64,000 nt of DNA. Origin: a virus. Taxonomy: Duplodnaviria > Caudoviricetes. The notes beneath the pieces were generated by a model, which saw only the letters and a program-made list of their open reading frames with translations, made no database searches and was not told the DNA's origin. The stretch spans positions 1 through 64,000 of the IMG/VR virus record IMGVR_UViG_3300021399_000118. One strand, 5' to 3'. The translations under genes and the position numbers were made by a program. Each line of letters opens with the position of its first letter. The stretch's first letter is position 1. Positions 47,201-55,800 of this stretch are shown here, piece by piece.

Positions 47201-50200
47201 CTGAAGTACAACAATATAATAAACTTCAGGATATTTATGCAGCCGCTCAGAACGGTGGACTCGCGCAATATATGAACGAAGATACACTTGGATTATATAA
47301 TCAAGTCGGATCTTCTATTGAAGGATTTGGAGAGTGGGCTGCCGCAGTTCAAAGCATTCAAGAAGCTGGATTAAGTTTATCTGATTTTTCTGAAAGTTCA
47401 GAAGATTTTAAAACAGCCATTGAAAAATCTGGATCTTCAATGGGGCGCTTTGCTGAAATTAATAAGTCGATGAACGCGGAAATCAGAGCAAGAGGAATTG
47501 AGACCATGCGCAAATATGGGCAATCCTCTTCTGATGTTGCAAATTATCTCCGTGCGATGGCTAAAGGAGGCAAAGAAGCTTCTAATGCGCAGGCTCAGCT
47601 CAGACAAAAATTGTCTCAGTGGAACAACGCTGCGAATGCAATAAAAAAGGCCGAAGGGAAAAGCGGAAAACAGTTAGCAGATAAAGACGTCGCTGATCTT
47701 TCTGCTATCACAGGAGAGGATTCCAATCTGATCAAAGAGATGACAAAAGAACAGATTGAGAATCTAAGACAAAATGCTCAAGGAATTATCGACGAAGGTT
47801 TTGTGAATGAACTTGGTGGAATAATTACTGAGCAGTTAAACCAGCATTTTGCAAATAATCCTGTCGCATTTGATATGGCCGTCAAAGCAGACGTTAATGG
47901 AGACGGAGCGCTTGATTTAAGCGAAATTGCAACTATTGCTCAAGAACTGAGAGATCAAGGCCTGGCAGAGCTTGCTGCTTATGCGGGGTTAATCGGAACA
48001 CTGCTTGTCAACGTTACAAAGAGTGGAAATTCCGCAACGGCAATCGCAGAAGTTGTCGAAGGTTCTGTTAACGGATCCGGCAAGCGAACTGGCGGTGGCG
48101 GCGGAGGAGGCGGTGGCGGTAAGTCCGCAGTCGATCAACTCCTTGAACGCCAAAAACACGAGATAGCTCAACAGCAACATGAAATCAAGATGTCTCAGAT
48201 TCAGGAAGCTCATTATGAGCGACTGAACGATTATGATAACTATCTCAGCTCCCTTGACGAAGAAATTGAAAAGCAAACAGAACTATACAATATATACCAA
48301 CGGCATCTCAAAGAACTAATCGAGATGCAAAATGGTCTGGAAAAATATTCCGATGACTGGTGGAAATTACAGGAGCAAATCAACAGTTCCACAGAAGCCG
48401 CAGAGGAATATCTTGATACTGTTGCAGAAATTAACGCTAAAAAGATTACTGCCACTCAAACCAAGCAGGAAAACGAAGATAAACCCGGCTCTCACAGGAC
48501 AACCATGTTTGAAAAACGTGCCCAGTACTATATGGATAGAGGGCAGTTTGAAAACTATGCGGTGCTCGTCGAGAAGGAAGTTGCCCAGATGCGGGCGGAC
48601 ATTGCCTTAAACGATAAGCAGATCACAGAATGGGAAGGAATGCTTACTCAGTATGAGGAGAATTCCAAGGAATGGATCGAAGTCAGAGATAAGATCTGGG
48701 CAACAAAAGAAGAGAACGCTGACCTGGAGAACCAGGCGTTCGAAAGAATTTCTGAACTTCAACAGCAAAGAATCTCTCAGATCCAAACTGATTATCAGAA
48801 TGGCGTTGCACCGATCGAACATGAGCAGAATATGCTCGGCATCTGGGGAAGCATTTATCAAAACGCCGGCCGGTCTGTATATTACGACGAAGAAGGCAAC
48901 CAGCACACCATGCAGGAAGCCTACAGGAATACCCTGGATCAGGACACCGCTTACAACGAACAGACTCTTACCAGGATCCGGTCAACGATCAAACTTCTTC
49001 AGGAACAAATGGCAACTCTCGATGAAGGGACTGAGGCCTGGTATGCAGCCCGGGACGCGATCTATCAATACGAAGAGCAGGAAGCTCAGCTTGTCGCAAA
49101 GAATCAGGAAAACGACATTGCGAAAGAAGAATCCTACGTTACCGAGCTGACGGATAAACGAGAAGCCCGCACCAAGGAGCTTGAGCATGAGCTCAACATG
49201 ATCGAAACCATCCAGGAAAGATTTGAAAACAGCAACGATTACGAGAACTCTGAGAATATGATGGAGGAGCGGCGGGCCAAGCTCGAAGAAATGAGAGAAC
49301 AGGCTGCCAGGAATCTGGAAGAAGCTCAGGCCCTGTTAAACAGCGGAAAGCTCGATCCAGGCGGAGACAGATATAAAACGGTCCGAGACGACGTTATGCA
49401 GCTGACCGAGGAATACGAGAAGCTGACAAACGAAGTTGAGAACGCCGACCGGAAGATTCAGGAAACCAAACTGGAGCATATCCTGGAGAAGTTCGAAAAT
49501 CAGGACGGGCTGATCCAGCATCAGTTAAAGCTTGTTCAGTATGAACAGACCCGCTACCAGAACAGCGGAGAGTTAACCAACTACGGAACGATGCTGGAAA
49601 TCGAGAACGACCTGCAGAGAGACCGGGCTGAACTGCTGAAAGAACAGATCGGGTTACTGGAGGAACAGCTCGAAGCGGCTGAACCTGGCTCCGACACATA
49701 CCAGAAGATCACCAAAGAAATTTATAAGATGGAAGAGTCCCTGGCCTCTGTCAATAACACGATCGAGAAGAACAACGAAGCGATCCGAAAGAACCAGGAG
49801 AATATTGTCAAGACTCGGAAAGCTTTAATTGACATGATCGATCGCGAGATCAAAACAAGGGTTAAGGAACAGAGAGACCGGCTGAACGCTGAAGTCTCCA
49901 TTCAGAATCAGATCCTCAACATCATCCGCAACAGATATAAACAGGAATGGGCTATCGTCAAAGCTGATATCGACAAGAAAAAGCAGGCCCTTCAGGAGGA
50001 GAAGGCGTTAATCAACGAAAGGCTGAACGCCAGGATCAACGCGGAGAAGGAAGAGGAAAGATACACCAAGCTTTCTGAGCTTCAGAGACAGCTTACCTTA
50101 ATTTCGGCCGATCCTACCAGAACAAAGGACGCGATTGAACTTCAGCGGCAGATCGACGATCTCTTAAAAGAGATTGCCAACGAAACTGCTCAACAAGAGG

Positions 50201-51573
50201 CCAACGCGGCCGGAGAACAGCTGGACGATCAGATCAAAGCCTACGACGCGTATGCTCAATACACCGAGGAAGCTTTGAACGAAATGCTGAAGGACGCCAA
50301 CAGCACAGAACTTTTCGAAGAATTGAACGCTGTTATGGGTGACGAAAGTATGTCCAGGGAAGAGCGGCTTGAAAATTACATGAACTGGATCAAAGAAAAT
50401 GACGATAACTATAAGTTCGGCACCGAAGCCATGCGGCTACAGCTCGAACAGAACAACACGGACTCCTGGAACAAGATGCTTGGATTCGTGGATACTTACT
50501 GGGATCAGGTAGAGGATATCATCAGCGGCGGGGCTCAAAGCATTATTGATTACATGAAGGAAAGCTCCTCTTACATCTGGAATTCCGATGCTGGGCAGAG
50601 GCTGCTTGAACTGCAGTGGAACGATACCTATGATAAATACGTTAAATCTACGATTGACGACGCTGTATTCAACGATATTCACGAGCTTGCGGAATATGCT
50701 TCTCAGCTTCAGGACTATACCTATAAAGTAGAGCTGACGCCGGAATCCATTTACAGGCTTGGGATTTACGACAGCGAGTTAAAGTATCAATACGAGAGAG
50801 ATAAGAGTGTAAGTGATGAAGCTAAGAATTACGATCCGAACGATATGTACAAAGATGTCGGGAAGAAAGTTGTTCCTGTCGCAAATACGGGATATACAGC
50901 TGAGTATTCCAGCAATGTAAACTCAGGAGGAAACGGTGGTTCGAACGGAAAAGGAAAGACAAAATATAACTTTACTTTAACGGACGACGCTTCAGGTCAA
51001 GTGCATCATCTTACGTTAGAGGCATCTTCTCAGTTAGAAGCTCTGGAGAAGATGCAGAGTTATGTTTATGAAATGGCTCAAAAACGCAAAGACGCATCAA
51101 ATCCAGGAACATCGTATACAGGACAACTCACAGACAAAAAATGGAATGGAATCAAAGATACAGAATATACGGCGTTTACCGATTATGAAGCTGCTCTTGC
51201 TTTTGAAAAGAATCTTGAGCGGCTTAAAAGAAGTGGTATGAGCGCCTATGCTTCCGGCGGTCTTGTTGATTACACCGGCCCGGCATGGGTTGACGGAACT
51301 CCTACCAGACCCGAAGCTTTCCTTGACGCAACCGACACAGAAAATATTCGTGCCATGCTGGATGCGCTTAACTATGTGCCAACGATGCCTATGCTCTCCC
51401 CTTCCGAGAAGTTCTTCGGGAACAGCTCTACCGTGGGAGACATCAACATCGTGATCAACCAGGCCGAGCTGAAGAGCGACGCGGATTATAACGAAGTCGC
51501 AAGGAGGGTCGGACAGGCCTTTACCAAGCAGCTTTCCAAGGATGGCTTCCAATTATCAGGATATAACTGGTAA
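35221..51573 (+). CDS. giant tape measure protein (5450 aa) with an N-terminal RNA polymerase domain
   Basis: Located between the tail chaperones and Dit; TMP core about 40650-41600 (LYRQGL, LGDSAATNAAQI..GI.KAG, AGT.Q...F); C-terminal YASGGLVDYTGPAWVDGT..PEAFL; RNAP motifs at 36670-38300. Confidence 0.9.
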   Translation: MADEIEVRIKTILDETSVKDTKKVLEEEYEDLAVSPNTDLEKRLMSVGETLRENDFDAIIPEFGRQFETQVSIISQNVARLMGLYDKIGQAQTKYDRKIAADNFVAAQKRAAVQVADLETAINSAQAFTSSMPAHLVNPFAQMYRKESPSMRANFVRMSSSNGSGFMYANGDQMARDFAKAFSSRQAQVGTNEELTRFIQEYGYDLAAALMPIMSTGFNREDLVGFSFNKRKENPGSIRQLLPKAFQGLRLTQTPEYRAFNHTSEKLSETELQDLESFILSSQDLMEEFELAGLAQRKNGRIRINTNATRENIDALGGRLASLYEAGARGISTDPNAEIIDVNDPKYIQRIASKNNRSMVSANRGMRIAEEMFPWIVPSYVETPKTAAYDKDIGKITASPRYKAGSFTLLPFENEGEVENLPVVNSLIQQRLAKLQGADKFVHNGKNTNEIYMKMPVEALQDFETTPEMRQELVQRIAAQIGSVQHANGYDYVFTGFTGTNAAFTRKDLYDQAIALDPNFFTNGENRRKFSGQGAGAAFGHAVDYMQKQRTDGEDIRDLYGTDLSGARVIVADLKKITGLDGQNWISNDLVPATFQGRDVSGKSTYSVFSMEGLRRKYASLIDPETGDLVFDKGGIDGGELRIPKGGSVILEDWSNIKANNQYAGLSQDEVNQKRTEIVRRDGIFAKTTADDAATSARYISSQAAASLSLDDKAREYFRNVYLERLAMLRNEDQVKELLFSGQDGLSKAVMSGEVSMDDPDVQARILSYRRALTHNVGEGNLLLPAHIGKYAMLQAWLPDVFNQLVDEKKLTEDMKAMGLEDEAIENFDYKHKIAYFASKADELMSFRNPDTLSGNQAVINRGAEDFFQTLADDLGLDKQALYADPRSAILRKWQTADEDGDTVFMSALRGNGVFGEIMARVLAKTAEDYKNLIEMSGRTQEEQEAYAQSRVRSTEIDGKEWNLNDPLDMATWFSLRQQPGAKMGAAHAVTVGAKQFPLKGTFARAQLEAESHYDKVSNGIYKNFEDWDQTPDEWEVLKGGAPFFRLNEWRNKATHLAELHGAGQDETKEKHFDQESFNKKKVDSVNFASIHDPHALVADFSQFIAGQEDPESLLSSVQGGNWDEIFSNLPEVSKNKEVAALQTRLRALRQDKLNGKFLAFDDSVVRELGALSANALHAITDEVNKDPQFDSDAKRTAEIVRRWRAAGGEVPAHLKEWGLTRSNIEKNPELKAEVQKAINAYGEDRVYARSDADVGYVYYTPEEIQADRVRRAHDAVEKKKAALEQAKLEKAKADQAIISEKKAEAVNTETVRVEDETQAEAKELTAKTPETKPQAVLNENANPPLVNPPSTPITNPPSPASSKPDSGDHWLLDNLRARIATAREMAKKYPDDDKWIKQLAEDERMLKEAEESGDRVKWAEDHIQNATDRYRQEKKADEESELQARTKRNGDIGPVKTENEEHSKAKRNQTKASKPQTAEPEENDENIRRLEAELAQAQAEEEREIKAQKNIEAYMADQAEYNRIYASAQDLSNQFRINKSAKRNKIEGRSLAEGYFNRSYYGEFRPLDREIADYIKNHPEMDPSQTVALNQLIAQARGDMFEDFANKGTLFAKEYADDVETELKGITNPASKQKKVLDNYTKTAEEAQKFIEQIDKVLSDPKIKKDDSSRKALEKAKENISASIQQGSAFQRELAEQYKKENNENALLRTEDLKAKYNKNYKKSGNYQAILRNREIDALQKDLDQQQREGLIGEDSYSKASEDLSKMRADAVGWKIDMTEGLQSVGKLASETASKMVRQFGRQMWQSAINETKKFVQEYDKSMTTIQMITLKSDDEIKSLGTGLIGKAKTMKMTVGDVTSTAESLYRQGLTDSEVNSRLDTILKFSAVSGTKAEDATKLITTAMNTGLVSGAQEAADIVTALGDSAATNAAQIEKGIEKAGAAAAVDGTSFAELAAMLTAITATTQLTGNVAGTTMNSIFGRMNKIGTNELIEDENGNKISASAIATLLREQGIQTHINGEKRSSFDILKELSTKWQSLSDAEQQRLSTAIAGTRQYSNFSAIMLGMAEGNIDQYLDTAGESEGIVDKKYEVYTRSLEAALNDLKTTWDSLVAGIQENDIATGLVDGLTSLLSGFSNIQSQAGSVVSALILIAGAISAIGVASAAAKLPGFIPKLLGIAAGAAVVGGASLLANQFKDIGTQKNKNDSPEALIEKNETFKANAADQSKYYQNLIDETNILAKKIKEGTATGRESSDFASNVNLLGASFESVGASINSATSALEGWESASSLAQNAADEIAEANKKIIRSNEEVIRQNIREKAQKDFKEASVNNGFSKTGLDLLQTLETYRQGNVDRFEVDARLRQMGLGLGEGVSDANALAFYDVYSFTQGNSDNPFKGRELTTKALLSLAGTIFTNRGASAISKALGEGGATELGTLFEDSDSFVAAFQNGFKDTELSFATYQNLISLIGSIISGNAPDGIKSLIELSQENPEERKIIERAIDDQLANTDQYASLGSEAKEIIRKKAKSYASGLSLDDAYNFAIGDRKDLEAFILSESKEAANNPNYVEEAKKTGTYVPVSISESVAAAYSALTGKNRKYDTEYQALLSDVVAASASENPIEALKSLESSRHSAIVGSEDAELLKIWNDVNENNGQGVYSVGDLRTYLENKVFSSTPAARKQGNLNTAYNLSQANDLLQRLASNDRSHEALTQLASMTGLDIEQVLANQENAISLAQDLQNQNVESYLSKIRSDVDKEFGEELKDPNKRNKDLQDRINKSLQGTGVSLKSFDENGNPVYEHDFTSVNRRAGVMDYSTQYTNAELMGYAKQLAENGGTWNEMFATGGTYHDWSNEQINAVASYSPALARYLKMSADQRASAEGQALKQQYEIQFKTEGLGTLEQAGNILQGTASLVERLNQNGTIKLKAEYEIASNATERLQRTAMLNNGSLAEQTQAVSEITGRSASEIQTNFTAYKQEAQEYIAAERAATKSSYQNLYEKADSEDVQEYIKNQAAREGFILEDDETEGANGKKVFVDRGASNDYNYHENAFLGSSRSYTDLELANARNDIIHGKLSTKAGDYELYRAASASGGRYFQEYNRMLAENSISPRTYSRKEMREAKRRMVQEEELARRDAEESQALEDAKLASGTLFGAQNYARVRYEQNNKTGLAADAVYQALNSVDTTEATWIESLKNVLSNENNKQNIIDLINSSDAAAKAIEDAGIAFNEDGSINLDRLTSSANGGASTLAALMQNVAGLSTGYSDLQEVLTAQETGKRAQQAFNNLQKGYFISQGMAEQVYDQERRSAEEEIRNELARSDQYKDSSEEEINRLVDDQLKNKGLASLNDYLEKEQKGILEDQDYDYLKTVLGEGLSQKALSKSLNEEETSLANTLLENAAYGYNGLSASQRLEGIKEIGGRIANNTLTGYSSYAADQYMSGWSGWPRFSQLQQQLEENGKLEGADLQEYQALSAEFENLQKNAEIEIKIQGLAELEEAGKIIQGTADTVKQLQKGGSFEIQARVKLVSDLYSEAQLDAMLNSGNANLVNQAAQQITGVSGTQYNENRDYWIQQAQAMRSTRRTQTAESLMKDYNAAQDKEAFLASLEGAGWSLQGSVFDKVATANYQESGIVPEGFTRRGNRLYRDPAFVYNQEDYKFDNPYVNAEKNYTDAELLRMRRQIQNGTLTEGMTGYETAFRSGGTEWAEYQRLLANLPKEEERTEKQRKSLEAQRQRMLREESLSERDILETEELENARLQSGSLGGMFSYAQLQYQQNNRAGMAANALYETLSGAKVESVDDLLGILGDEKNAQNWKDLIESSPELTKKFNDLGITMDKNGQWDVSGLQGSADAAAGALSALAQIVASTSAEYNKRQEVYSTGEKYSMASRYLSGDITDEEAQYAALEEVIGNSAAAQQIRNYNEDYTARSNRWLAGYNEALESRDPNAAERYLRENPNPANEEYDPLSVFSPEERSDVEMMMTNAKYGGSSLTEVQQYNKLQDIYAAAQNGGLAQYMNEDTLGLYNQVGSSIEGFGEWAAAVQSIQEAGLSLSDFSESSEDFKTAIEKSGSSMGRFAEINKSMNAEIRARGIETMRKYGQSSSDVANYLRAMAKGGKEASNAQAQLRQKLSQWNNAANAIKKAEGKSGKQLADKDVADLSAITGEDSNLIKEMTKEQIENLRQNAQGIIDEGFVNELGGIITEQLNQHFANNPVAFDMAVKADVNGDGALDLSEIATIAQELRDQGLAELAAYAGLIGTLLVNVTKSGNSATAIAEVVEGSVNGSGKRTGGGGGGGGGGKSAVDQLLERQKHEIAQQQHEIKMSQIQEAHYERLNDYDNYLSSLDEEIEKQTELYNIYQRHLKELIEMQNGLEKYSDDWWKLQEQINSSTEAAEEYLDTVAEINAKKITATQTKQENEDKPGSHRTTMFEKRAQYYMDRGQFENYAVLVEKEVAQMRADIALNDKQITEWEGMLTQYEENSKEWIEVRDKIWATKEENADLENQAFERISELQQQRISQIQTDYQNGVAPIEHEQNMLGIWGSIYQNAGRSVYYDEEGNQHTMQEAYRNTLDQDTAYNEQTLTRIRSTIKLLQEQMATLDEGTEAWYAARDAIYQYEEQEAQLVAKNQENDIAKEESYVTELTDKREARTKELEHELNMIETIQERFENSNDYENSENMMEERRAKLEEMREQAARNLEEAQALLNSGKLDPGGDRYKTVRDDVMQLTEEYEKLTNEVENADRKIQETKLEHILEKFENQDGLIQHQLKLVQYEQTRYQNSGELTNYGTMLEIENDLQRDRAELLKEQIGLLEEQLEAAEPGSDTYQKITKEIYKMEESLASVNNTIEKNNEAIRKNQENIVKTRKALIDMIDREIKTRVKEQRDRLNAEVSIQNQILNIIRNRYKQEWAIVKADIDKKKQALQEEKALINERLNARINAEKEEERYTKLSELQRQLTLISADPTRTKDAIELQRQIDDLLKEIANETAQQEANAAGEQLDDQIKAYDAYAQYTEEALNEMLKDANSTELFEELNAVMGDESMSREERLENYMNWIKENDDNYKFGTEAMRLQLEQNNTDSWNKMLGFVDTYWDQVEDIISGGAQSIIDYMKESSSYIWNSDAGQRLLELQWNDTYDKYVKSTIDDAVFNDIHELAEYASQLQDYTYKVELTPESIYRLGIYDSELKYQYERDKSVSDEAKNYDPNDMYKDVGKKVVPVANTGYTAEYSSNVNSGGNGGSNGKGKTKYNFTLTDDASGQVHHLTLEASSQLEALEKMQSYVYEMAQKRKDASNPGTSYTGQLTDKKWNGIKDTEYTAFTDYEAALAFEKNLERLKRSGMSAYASGGLVDYTGPAWVDGTPTRPEAFLDATDTENIRAMLDALNYVPTMPMLSPSEKFFGNSSTVGDINIVINQAELKSDADYNEVARRVGQAFTKQLSKDGFQLSGYNW
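36670..38300 (+). other. two-barrel RNAP domain within the TMP (putative virion RNAP)
   Basis: LDGQNW (D581), FQGRDVSGK (R598/K603), ILEDWSNIK, YISSQAAASL, G..AWLPD, FRNP (R848), ADEDGD (D898; 37912-37926), colinear with the 14369-16792 protein. Confidence 0.8.
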
Positions 51574-51640
51574 GCTTTTCGGATTGTTATGGTTTCTTTT
51601 CGTATTGTTTAAAATGTAGTTATTCTCAAAACGACGTAAA

Positions 51641-51676
51641 GGGAGAGGGAACCTTTTCGGTTCCCTCTCCTCTTTA
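51641..51676 (+). terminator. hairpin/terminator after the TMP gene
   Basis: GGAGAGGGAACC-TTTTC-GGTTCCCTCTCC followed by TCTTT. Confidence 0.7.
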
Positions 51677-51702
51677 TTCAGAACAAGAAGGGTGGTGAAA
51701 CA

Positions 51703-52803
51703 ATGGCTGGCGGATTTACATATCGCGGAATCGACATCGCAACTATCGGGCTGGAATACGCTCCCGAGCTGGAAGACACCTACGTTTACAAAACAGCAAA
51801 ACCCAGAATCCACGAGGAAACCTTTGATGGGCACGACGGCGGGTACTACTACGGCACCTCCAGAGAGCCCAAAGAATTTGTTTTAAGATGCTTTTTTGAA
51901 CAAAGAGACATCGACCGGGGCATTATGGCTCGAATCTATTCTCTCTTCCGGGAAGGCAGCACTGGGCGGCTCATCTTCGACCGAAGACCGTGGTGCTATT
52001 ACTACGCGACCGTGACTGAACTGGACACAACCGGCCTGACCAACTACAACAGTGGCACCATCCGGATTGTTATGAAGGCCTACTATCCTTACGCCCGGGC
52101 TGACCAGATGACGGTCAAACCCCAGGACAAGGACTACTACAGGATACTTGAAAACACCGCATTCTTCGAAAACGAAGAAATGGTTCCTCCTGTCATGTTT
52201 TGCCAGGACGGGCCGATTACGGAAACGACCGAAATCCTTTTGTCCAACCCCGGCTCAGAATACGCACCAGTTGGAATTGAGATCGCCGGAAACGTGGGCA
52301 GAGGAGTGGTCATCACCAATGAAACCACAAACCAGGTCTGCAAGTTTGTCGCTATGTCCGAAGAGGAATTTGATGGAGAGATGAACTTTGTATATCTCGA
52401 CGGGCTGAACGGCAAAACCATGGCGGTCAAGGATGACTTCAAGACAACAGCCTTCCTCTATCACGACGAAGGCTTTATTACTTTGGCTCCCGGATTCCCG
52501 GCCAACCGGAAAATCTTCGTCACAACCTACGACGGAGTTCCCAAAGTAACGGGAAAGATCTACGACCGGTTCAGCACAGACAGAAAGACCGCAGAAGACG
52601 TATACGTCGGACAGCACATCTGGCTTGGCGGCTGGCATGAAATTACAGGCGTTCCGGACGAACAAACCTTTGAACTGAAGACACATCCGGAATATTTCAA
52701 CGGGAAAACCATGATTACCCGGCTCAACAAGATCAAAATCGAGCCGGTATCGGAAATGAAACTTGCACGGCTTAAATTTGTATATAAGCCAACATTCGCA
52801 TAA
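51703..52803 (+). CDS. distal tail protein (Dit)
   Basis: GFTYRG...G.DG.YYYG...GRLIFD.RP..YYYA...YYPYA; N.G..Y; follows the TMP gene. Confidence 0.85.
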   Translation: MAGGFTYRGIDIATIGLEYAPELEDTYVYKTAKPRIHEETFDGHDGGYYYGTSREPKEFVLRCFFEQRDIDRGIMARIYSLFREGSTGRLIFDRRPWCYYYATVTELDTTGLTNYNSGTIRIVMKAYYPYARADQMTVKPQDKDYYRILENTAFFENEEMVPPVMFCQDGPITETTEILLSNPGSEYAPVGIEIAGNVGRGVVITNETTNQVCKFVAMSEEEFDGEMNFVYLDGLNGKTMAVKDDFKTTAFLYHDEGFITLAPGFPANRKIFVTTYDGVPKVTGKIYDRFSTDRKTAEDVYVGQHIWLGGWHEITGVPDEQTFELKTHPEYFNGKTMITRLNKIKIEPVSEMKLARLKFVYKPTFA

Positions 52804-52818
52804 AAGGAGGTGAGAGAT

Positions 52819-55800
52819 ATGCAGGGCAGAAACCGTAAGCTGCAAATTGACGTATGCGACTATACCAACAAGATTGTATGTCCCATCTATTCCAATCAAA
52901 CGGATGTTTCCGGACAGGCGACGGAAGTCTTCATCAACTATGAACGGAACGGCTGGAAGGAACTGACCTTCAAGCTGCCAACCAGGATCTACACTGAGGA
53001 AGGCGAAGAGGAAAACTTCCGGCTGAGATACATTGTTGCTGACTACCGGATTCGTGTGGTTACGGATTATGAGACGGACTGGTTCCTAATTACCAAGGAC
53101 AGCATACGTCACGAAGCGTTCAGCAAGAACGTGCAGGTTACTGCAGGGCATATCTCCCGGCTTCTGAAAAACAGATCCCTGGATCTGGAGTTTTCAGATG
53201 ATGAAGGAAACAACGTTGGCACAGCCAAGGAACTGGTTGAAACAATCCTGGAAGGAACAGGGTGGAAGGTCGGCAAGGTCGCGGACTTCTACGAGGACGA
53301 CGGAACGACGATCAAGATTCGTTCCCTGAATGCCCCGACCAAGACCGGGGCTTTCCGACTAATTGAGCAGGTTTGCGAACTGTTTGAGGCCAAGCCCGTC
53401 TATCGCGCAGAGGACGAAAACGGAGAGAAATCCGTGGACATCCTCCCGATGAATCCATTCTCCGAACTGGAGCCGGGAGAGATACCAGACGCGGTTTATC
53501 CCGGAGCTGAAGAGAATCAGAAATATCTCGTGGACTCCAAGGTTATCGAGCTGCATTACGACAGGTACATCAAAAACCTGGAAAGAACCACGGATACGGA
53601 GAACATCAGCACAAGATTGTACGGGTACGGTTCCTACGGCGACTATATTACAAAGTACTGCTCCATCCAAACCGCGGAACACAACGAATATATTTTCACT
53701 GTAGATCAGGACTATAACGATTTGACGGAGTTCAAGATCTCGGCCGACGTTACCCGTTATTTCCAGGCATCAGGCTTGAAATCGGGAAACAAGCTGATCT
53801 GGTCCGACATGGACATTAACTCCAGAAGATACGTCTGGAATGAAAACCAGCGCGTTGCTTACAAGATCTATACAGACCATATCTCAGCGGAACCAACCGT
53901 ATTGGAAAGCGAAGCCGAGAAAGTTATGAACTACTTCCCTTTCCTTTCGGACTACACGTATTACGAAAAGGTCGGACTGCTGACGGATGAGATGTTCCAG
54001 GAGGTTGCCGCCTATCAGAGAGATATGGCGGATCATTATAAGAAGTCTATCGAAGCTCAGGCCGTTATCAACGAGACCAACACCGCTCTCTCCTATGTCG
54101 GACTCCCCTACTCCGGTTATTTAAAACTGGATGTGGAACCGATGGATCACGAGGACTCAGTCCTGACAATCAGATGGTCAGATGATTACTCGGACGGGGT
54201 AATCTATAGGTCAGACTACTACAACAAGGAAACCAAGTATTTCCAATGGCACGTTGCTCAAGCTTTAAAAGCTAATGGAGATCCTACCTCCGGGGCCGCG
54301 AGTATCCTCTATGTCTTAAAGAAGAACACCGATCCCATTCAATGGAAGGCGGTGTATTTAAGGGATATTGACGGCCGTGTTCATTCGGAAAACGGCAAGA
54401 CGATCCACGACGGATACGACTATGCTTTAAGTGAGGGCGACCGGCCCAAGGTCATTCAGGTATGGGGCAATGTCCAGATTGAGGAAGGCGACGACGTTTA
54501 TCTGTTCTGCCGGAACAGTTTGAGCGGAAAGCTTGGAGCCAAGATCTCAGAGGACGAAGCGATTCTCGAAAAGCTGGAGGACGTAGCGAAAAAGATTACA
54601 GAATCCAACCCTACGCTGTTTGTAGACCAGGATGAACCCTTACCTCAGGTTACCTTCGCGGGATACGGCTGGTGCTATCAATACAACAGCAAAAACCACA
54701 ACGAGCCCGGGACAATGTACTTTGCCTGGGCTGAACGGGGCGACGTGGATGACAATGGCTACGTTGCGTGGAAGAACGTCTATTATTCGGAGACTGATCC
54801 AGAGCCGGAAAACGGAGCCTATTACTTCAACACGAAATACAGGACATTATGGCATGGTGAAGAAGGTGAATGGTATCACCTAGAGTCTGCGCCAGAGGAA
54901 ACAAAAGTAGCGCAGATGTTCAGCACGATCTTCATGCTTTGCCGGCAGCGGGACAAGGTCTACAAGGGGCTGTATGAAAACTATTATTATACGCCCGATC
55001 AAATCGTTCCCGTAGGAAACTATGCCTTCAAGACCAACTTTGGGTACAACTGGCTATTTTCGACGGATCAGATCGTACAGAAAAGCACGGAGGAAGAGCC
55101 TGTTTCTTTTCGACTGAACACGGTCGACGGGTATGTCTATCAGGACAATAATATTGAGCATATTCGCACGGCAGCCTGCTATCCCTACGACGCTCTGATC
55201 TATCCGGAAGAAAATGATCTGGCGGGAGCGACCTTCCTTCAGGGCTCCATCTACGTTAACGAACCGAACAAGAACGGCACGGACATGACATCGGACAGGG
55301 CTTACAGGTCCAACAATATTCCGATCTGGCCAAACGAGACCTACGAATACAATCTTCCGGCTGACACCTGCTTTATTGTTTTATACGACGCAAACCGAAA
55401 CTATCTTTCCTATATTCCCAATCTGATTTCCGAGGGAACATTTACGACCTCTGTTGAAGCGGAATACAGCGACATTGTCGATCCGGGAAAGTACATCAAA
55501 TACAAAAAGGCCAAGTACATGCGGATCGTTGTACCGAGTTCTGCTGCTACAATCGACGAGCTGAAGAGCACCTATTATGTCCGGCTGAAGGGACACGACA
55601 AGTGCTTCTTCTTTGACGATCAGAAATACACAGTTCTCGAACCGGTTGAACCTTTGGAGACGGACGAGCCTACGGGCATCAACGTATTGCTTCGTAAGTT
55701 CAAGACGCTTACGGACAAGCTTTACTTCGAAGACATCCCGGCATTGGAGGACGCTCAGGAGACAATCAAAAAAGCTAACAACGATCAGGCGGATGTGCTC

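Noticed and set aside
47890-47925. DVNGDGALDLSE in the TMP as an EF-hand/dockerin or second catalytic motif
   Set aside because: Single isolated loop without surrounding domain context; cannot be supported
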